From assembly GCA_016719225.1 (NCBI GenBank), contig JADKAN010000004.1, forward strand, positions 448,167-512,166: DNA of 64,000 nucleotides, given 5' to 3'. This document shows positions 61,013-64,000 of the stretch, in pieces. The notes beneath the pieces were generated by a model. The model was not told the DNA's origin, did not search any database, and was given only the letters and a program-made list of their open reading frames with translations. Position numbers and translations under genes: made by a program. The first letter of the stretch is position 1, and each line of letters opens with the position of its first letter. This stretch comes from Flavobacteriales bacterium (GTDB lineage Bacteria > Bacteroidota > Bacteroidia > Flavobacteriales_F > PHOS-HE28).

Positions 61013-61042
61013 GCGAACGCACGGCCGTGGCCGTGCGTTCGC
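61013..61042. terminator. bidirectional intrinsic terminator between convergent vanZ-like and cysN genes
   Basis: Inverted repeat GCGAACGCACGGCC / GGCCGTGCGTTCGC with the minus-strand tail GTTTTG and plus-strand flanking A-run. Confidence 0.6.
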
Positions 61043-61061
61043 AAAAGCATTCGGGAGCGGA

Positions 61062-62348
61062 TCACACGATCATACCCGCCGCCACCGTCTCGTTGGTGGC
61101 CTCATCGATCAGGATCAGGCTACCGGTGTAACGGTTCCGCTGGTACTTGTCGAAGTGCAGTGGTACCGTGGTACGCAGCATTACCCGGCCGATGTCGTTC
61201 ATTTTCAACGTGGGATCACCATCGGCTTTGCGCAACGTGCTGATGTCCATCCGGTACATCACTTCCTTCACCATACAGCGCGCATCACGCGTGTTGTGCT
61301 TGATGGCGTACTTGCCACCGGCTTGCAAAGGGCGCTCGTTGAACCAGCAAAGCATCACCTCCACATCCTGTGATGTTTCAGGCAGGTTGTTGGTACCCAC
61401 GATCATGTCACCGCGGCTGATATCGATCTCATCCGTCAAGGTCATCGAAGCGCTTTGTGGTGCAAAGCACTCTTCCACGTCGTGCTCTCCGATGTTGATG
61501 CTCTTAATGGTGCTTTCGAACCCGCTGGGCAGCACATGTACCTTGTCGCCAACACGGAACACACCACCGGCAACGCGGCCGGCGAAGCCACGGTAGTCGT
61601 GGTATTCAGTGGTCATGGGGCGGATCACTTGCTGTACCGGGAAACGGCGGTCAACATGGTTATGGTCGCCTGCGATGTGGATGCTTTCCAACAGGTACAT
61701 CAAGGTGGGGCCTTGGTACCAATCCATCACTTTGCTTCGCGTTACCACGTTGTCGCCTTTTAAAGCGCTGATAGGAATGAAGCGGATGTCATGCACCTCC
61801 AAGCGGCTGCTGAAGTCGTCCAATTCGCGTTTGATACGCTCGAATGTCGCCTGGTCATAATCCACCAGGTCCATCTTGTTGATGCAGAACACCACGTGTG
61901 GAATGCCGAGGAGGGAAGCGATGAACGAGTGGCGCCGGGTTTGCTCAAGAATGCCTCTACGTGCGTCAACCAGGATGATGGCCAAGTTAGCCGTGCTGGC
62001 ACCGGTCACCATGTTGCGGGTGTACTGGATGTGCCCTGGCGTATCAGCGATGATGAACTTGCGCCGTGGTGTCGCGAAGTAGCGGTATGCCACGTCGATG
62101 GTGATACCCTGTTCGCGTTCTGCGCGCAAACCGTCGGTCAGGAGTGAAAGGTCCACTTCGCCATTGCCACGTTTTGCGCTGGCCTGTTGAACGGCCTCCA
62201 TCTGGTCCTCAAAGATCTGCTTGGTGTCGTACAGCAAGCGGCCGATCAATGTGCTCTTACCGTCGTCCACGCTGCCCGCCGTGGTAAAGCGCAGCAGGTC
62301 CATGTCCAAATATCCCGAGGTTTCTTCCTTCATCTGCTTGTTTTCCAA
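61062..62348 (-). CDS. cysN: sulfate adenylyltransferase subunit 1 (GTPase)
   Basis: G-domain GSVDDGKSTLIGRLL, DTPGH and NKMD motifs, plus EF-Tu-like beta-barrel domains. Confidence 0.9.
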   Translation of the reverse strand: MENKQMKEETSGYLDMDLLRFTTAGSVDDGKSTLIGRLLYDTKQIFEDQMEAVQQASAKRGNGEVDLSLLTDGLRAEREQGITIDVAYRYFATPRRKFIIADTPGHIQYTRNMVTGASTANLAIILVDARRGILEQTRRHSFIASLLGIPHVVFCINKMDLVDYDQATFERIKRELDDFSSRLEVHDIRFIPISALKGDNVVTRSKVMDWYQGPTLMYLLESIHIAGDHNHVDRRFPVQQVIRPMTTEYHDYRGFAGRVAGGVFRVGDKVHVLPSGFESTIKSINIGEHDVEECFAPQSASMTLTDEIDISRGDMIVGTNNLPETSQDVEVMLCWFNERPLQAGGKYAIKHNTRDARCMVKEVMYRMDISTLRKADGDPTLKMNDIGRVMLRTTVPLHFDKYQRNRYTGSLILIDEATNETVAAGMIV

Positions 62349-62378
62349 AAGTTCCTGAATTATTCCTGTTCACAAGGC

Positions 62379-63284
62379 CTAGAAATAGCCTTCCTTTTTG
62401 CGGTCCTCCATGGCGGCCTCGCTGCGCTTATCATCCATGCGGGTGCCGCGCTCAGTTGTGCGCGTGGATGCAACCTCCTCGATGATCTCTTCCAAAGTGC
62501 TTGCTGGTGAATCCACCGCGCCGGTGCAGCTCATGTCCCCGATGGTCCGGAAACGCACGCGCTTCATGAATGGTTTCTCTTCCGGCTTCAGGCGCATGAA
62601 GGACGAGTTAGCGTAAAGCACGCCGTCCCTTTCGAACACCTCGCGCTCATGGCTGAAATAGATGTTCGGGATGGGAATGTTTTCCAGCAGGATATACTGC
62701 CACACGTCCATCTCCGTCCAGTTGCTGATCGGGAAGGCGCGGAAGTGTTCGCCCGGACGCTTGCGGCCGTTGTAGATGTTCCACAACTCGGGGCGCTGGT
62801 TCTTGGGGTCCCACTGGCCGAATTCGTCGCGGTGACTGAACACCCGTTCTTTCGCACGTGCCTTCTCCTCGTCCCGACGGCCACCGCCGATGGCGCAGTC
62901 CACTTTGAATTTTTCCAAGCTATCCAACAAGGTGACCGTTTGCAACTTGTTGCGGCTCGCATAAAAGCCGGTCTCTTCCTGTACCCGACCCGTGTCAATA
63001 CTCTCCTGTACACTACCAACGAGCAGGTTCGCACCGTATTCCTTCACCAACATGTCGCGGAAGGTGATAGCCTCCTCAAAGTTGTGGCCCGTGTCCACAT
63101 GGAGCAGGTTGAAGGGCACTTTCGCCGGATGGAAGGCCTTACGCGCTAGGTGGAAGCAGACAATGCTGTCTTTGCCGCCGCTGAATAGCAGTGTTGGATT
63201 GTCGAATTGAGCCGCTACTTCCCGCAGGATGTGCATGCTTTCGCTTTCGAGTTCCTTCAAGTGTGTGAGCCTGTATGAATGCAT
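62379..63284 (-). CDS. cysD: sulfate adenylyltransferase subunit 2
   Basis: PAPS-reductase-fold PP-loop FSGGKDS and the CysD-typical length. Confidence 0.9.
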   Translation of the reverse strand: MHSYRLTHLKELESESMHILREVAAQFDNPTLLFSGGKDSIVCFHLARKAFHPAKVPFNLLHVDTGHNFEEAITFRDMLVKEYGANLLVGSVQESIDTGRVQEETGFYASRNKLQTVTLLDSLEKFKVDCAIGGGRRDEEKARAKERVFSHRDEFGQWDPKNQRPELWNIYNGRKRPGEHFRAFPISNWTEMDVWQYILLENIPIPNIYFSHEREVFERDGVLYANSSFMRLKPEEKPFMKRVRFRTIGDMSCTGAVDSPASTLEEIIEEVASTRTTERGTRMDDKRSEAAMEDRKKEGYF

Positions 63285-63289
63285 GTGTT

Positions 63290-63895
63290 TCAGGGCCGCT
63301 TCAACCGCGGCAATAAGTGATCGGTGAGTTCCTTGACGCTGTCTTCTACTTTTCTATCGGCGGTGGCGATGCGGATGGCCGGTGCCGGGGGAGCCTCGAA
63401 TGGGGCACTGATGCCCGTGAAATCCTTTACCTCGCCGCGGCGGGCCTTGGCATAAAGTCCTTTCACGTCACGCGCCTCGCACACTTCCAAAGGGGTGTCC
63501 ACGAATACCTCGATGAAGTCGGCTGCGCCGATGATGCTCCGGGCTTGTTCCCGTATCGCGATTGTAGGGCTTACGAACGAGCAGACCACTACAGCGCCAT
63601 TGGCTGCGAAGAGTTTGGCCACTTCGGCGATCCTCCGGATGTTCTCCGTGCGCCCAGCCTCCGAGAAATCCAAATTGTTGTTGATGCCGCTGCGCACGTT
63701 GTCGCCGTCCAGGATCACCGCATAGCGGCCTTCGGCATGCAACGCACGCTCCAGACCGATGGCGATAGTGCTCTTTCCGCTTCCGCTCAATCCGGTCATC
63801 CAGACCACCCCTCCACGTTGGCCCAACATGGCTTCTTTATCCTCTCGCCGCAACATGCGGTCGAAAACAGGGTGTATGTTGGCGGGTATGCTCAT
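63290..63895 (-). CDS. cysC: adenylylsulfate (APS) kinase
   Basis: P-loop WMTGLSGSGKST and the APS kinase fold. The ORF track start at 63982 is over-extended; the ATG at 63895 fits the family N-terminus. Confidence 0.85.
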   Translation of the reverse strand: MSIPANIHPVFDRMLRREDKEAMLGQRGGVVWMTGLSGSGKSTIAIGLERALHAEGRYAVILDGDNVRSGINNNLDFSEAGRTENIRRIAEVAKLFAANGAVVVCSFVSPTIAIREQARSIIGAADFIEVFVDTPLEVCEARDVKGLYAKARRGEVKDFTGISAPFEAPPAPAIRIATADRKVEDSVKELTDHLLPRLKRP

Positions 63896-64000
63896 GTGCC
63901 GGATCGGGGTGGTCTTTCGGGGTGCAAAGGTCGCACTTTGAAAATTGATGTCAAGGGGCGTGAAGATATTGGCCAGCATCACGCTTGAACGCGGTGCAGA

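Overview
GC-rich (~60%) chromosomal segment with Bacteroidota hallmarks: T9SS type-A C-terminal sorting domains, the SprA gliding/T9SS translocon protein, an alternative complex III-caa3 oxidase cluster, and TAnnTTTG-like -7 promoter boxes. The backbone is housekeeping: udk, ydeP-like Mo-oxidoreductase, a trans-sulfuration PLP enzyme, polA, rimP-nusA-infB, actABCDEF-coxBA, ruvB, queG, cobB, ruvA-sprA-gcvH and cysC-D-N. Between these sit at least seven T9SS cargo genes: a pentaheme cytochrome c, a PETase/cutinase-like esterase, a DUF4397 repeat protein, an M43 metalloprotease, a thioredoxin-fold protein, and two proteins of unknown function. The most unusual local arrangements are: (i) a CarH/LitR-type MerR-B12 regulator immediately upstream of the secreted PETase-like esterase and downstream of a frameshifted DUF4397 cargo gene; (ii) a secreted pentaheme cytochrome translationally coupled to a cytoplasmic MOSC protein; (iii) an orphan NRPS-like A-T-TE enzyme between ruvB and queG; and (iv) a four-to-five-gene cluster on one strand of a T9SS thioredoxin, a TlpA-like thioredoxin, a DUF6029 beta-barrel and an Omp28-like lipoprotein. 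No CRISPR array, rRNA/tRNA gene or obvious mobile element was seen. Several six-frame ORFs are N-terminally over-extended, and corrected starts are proposed.
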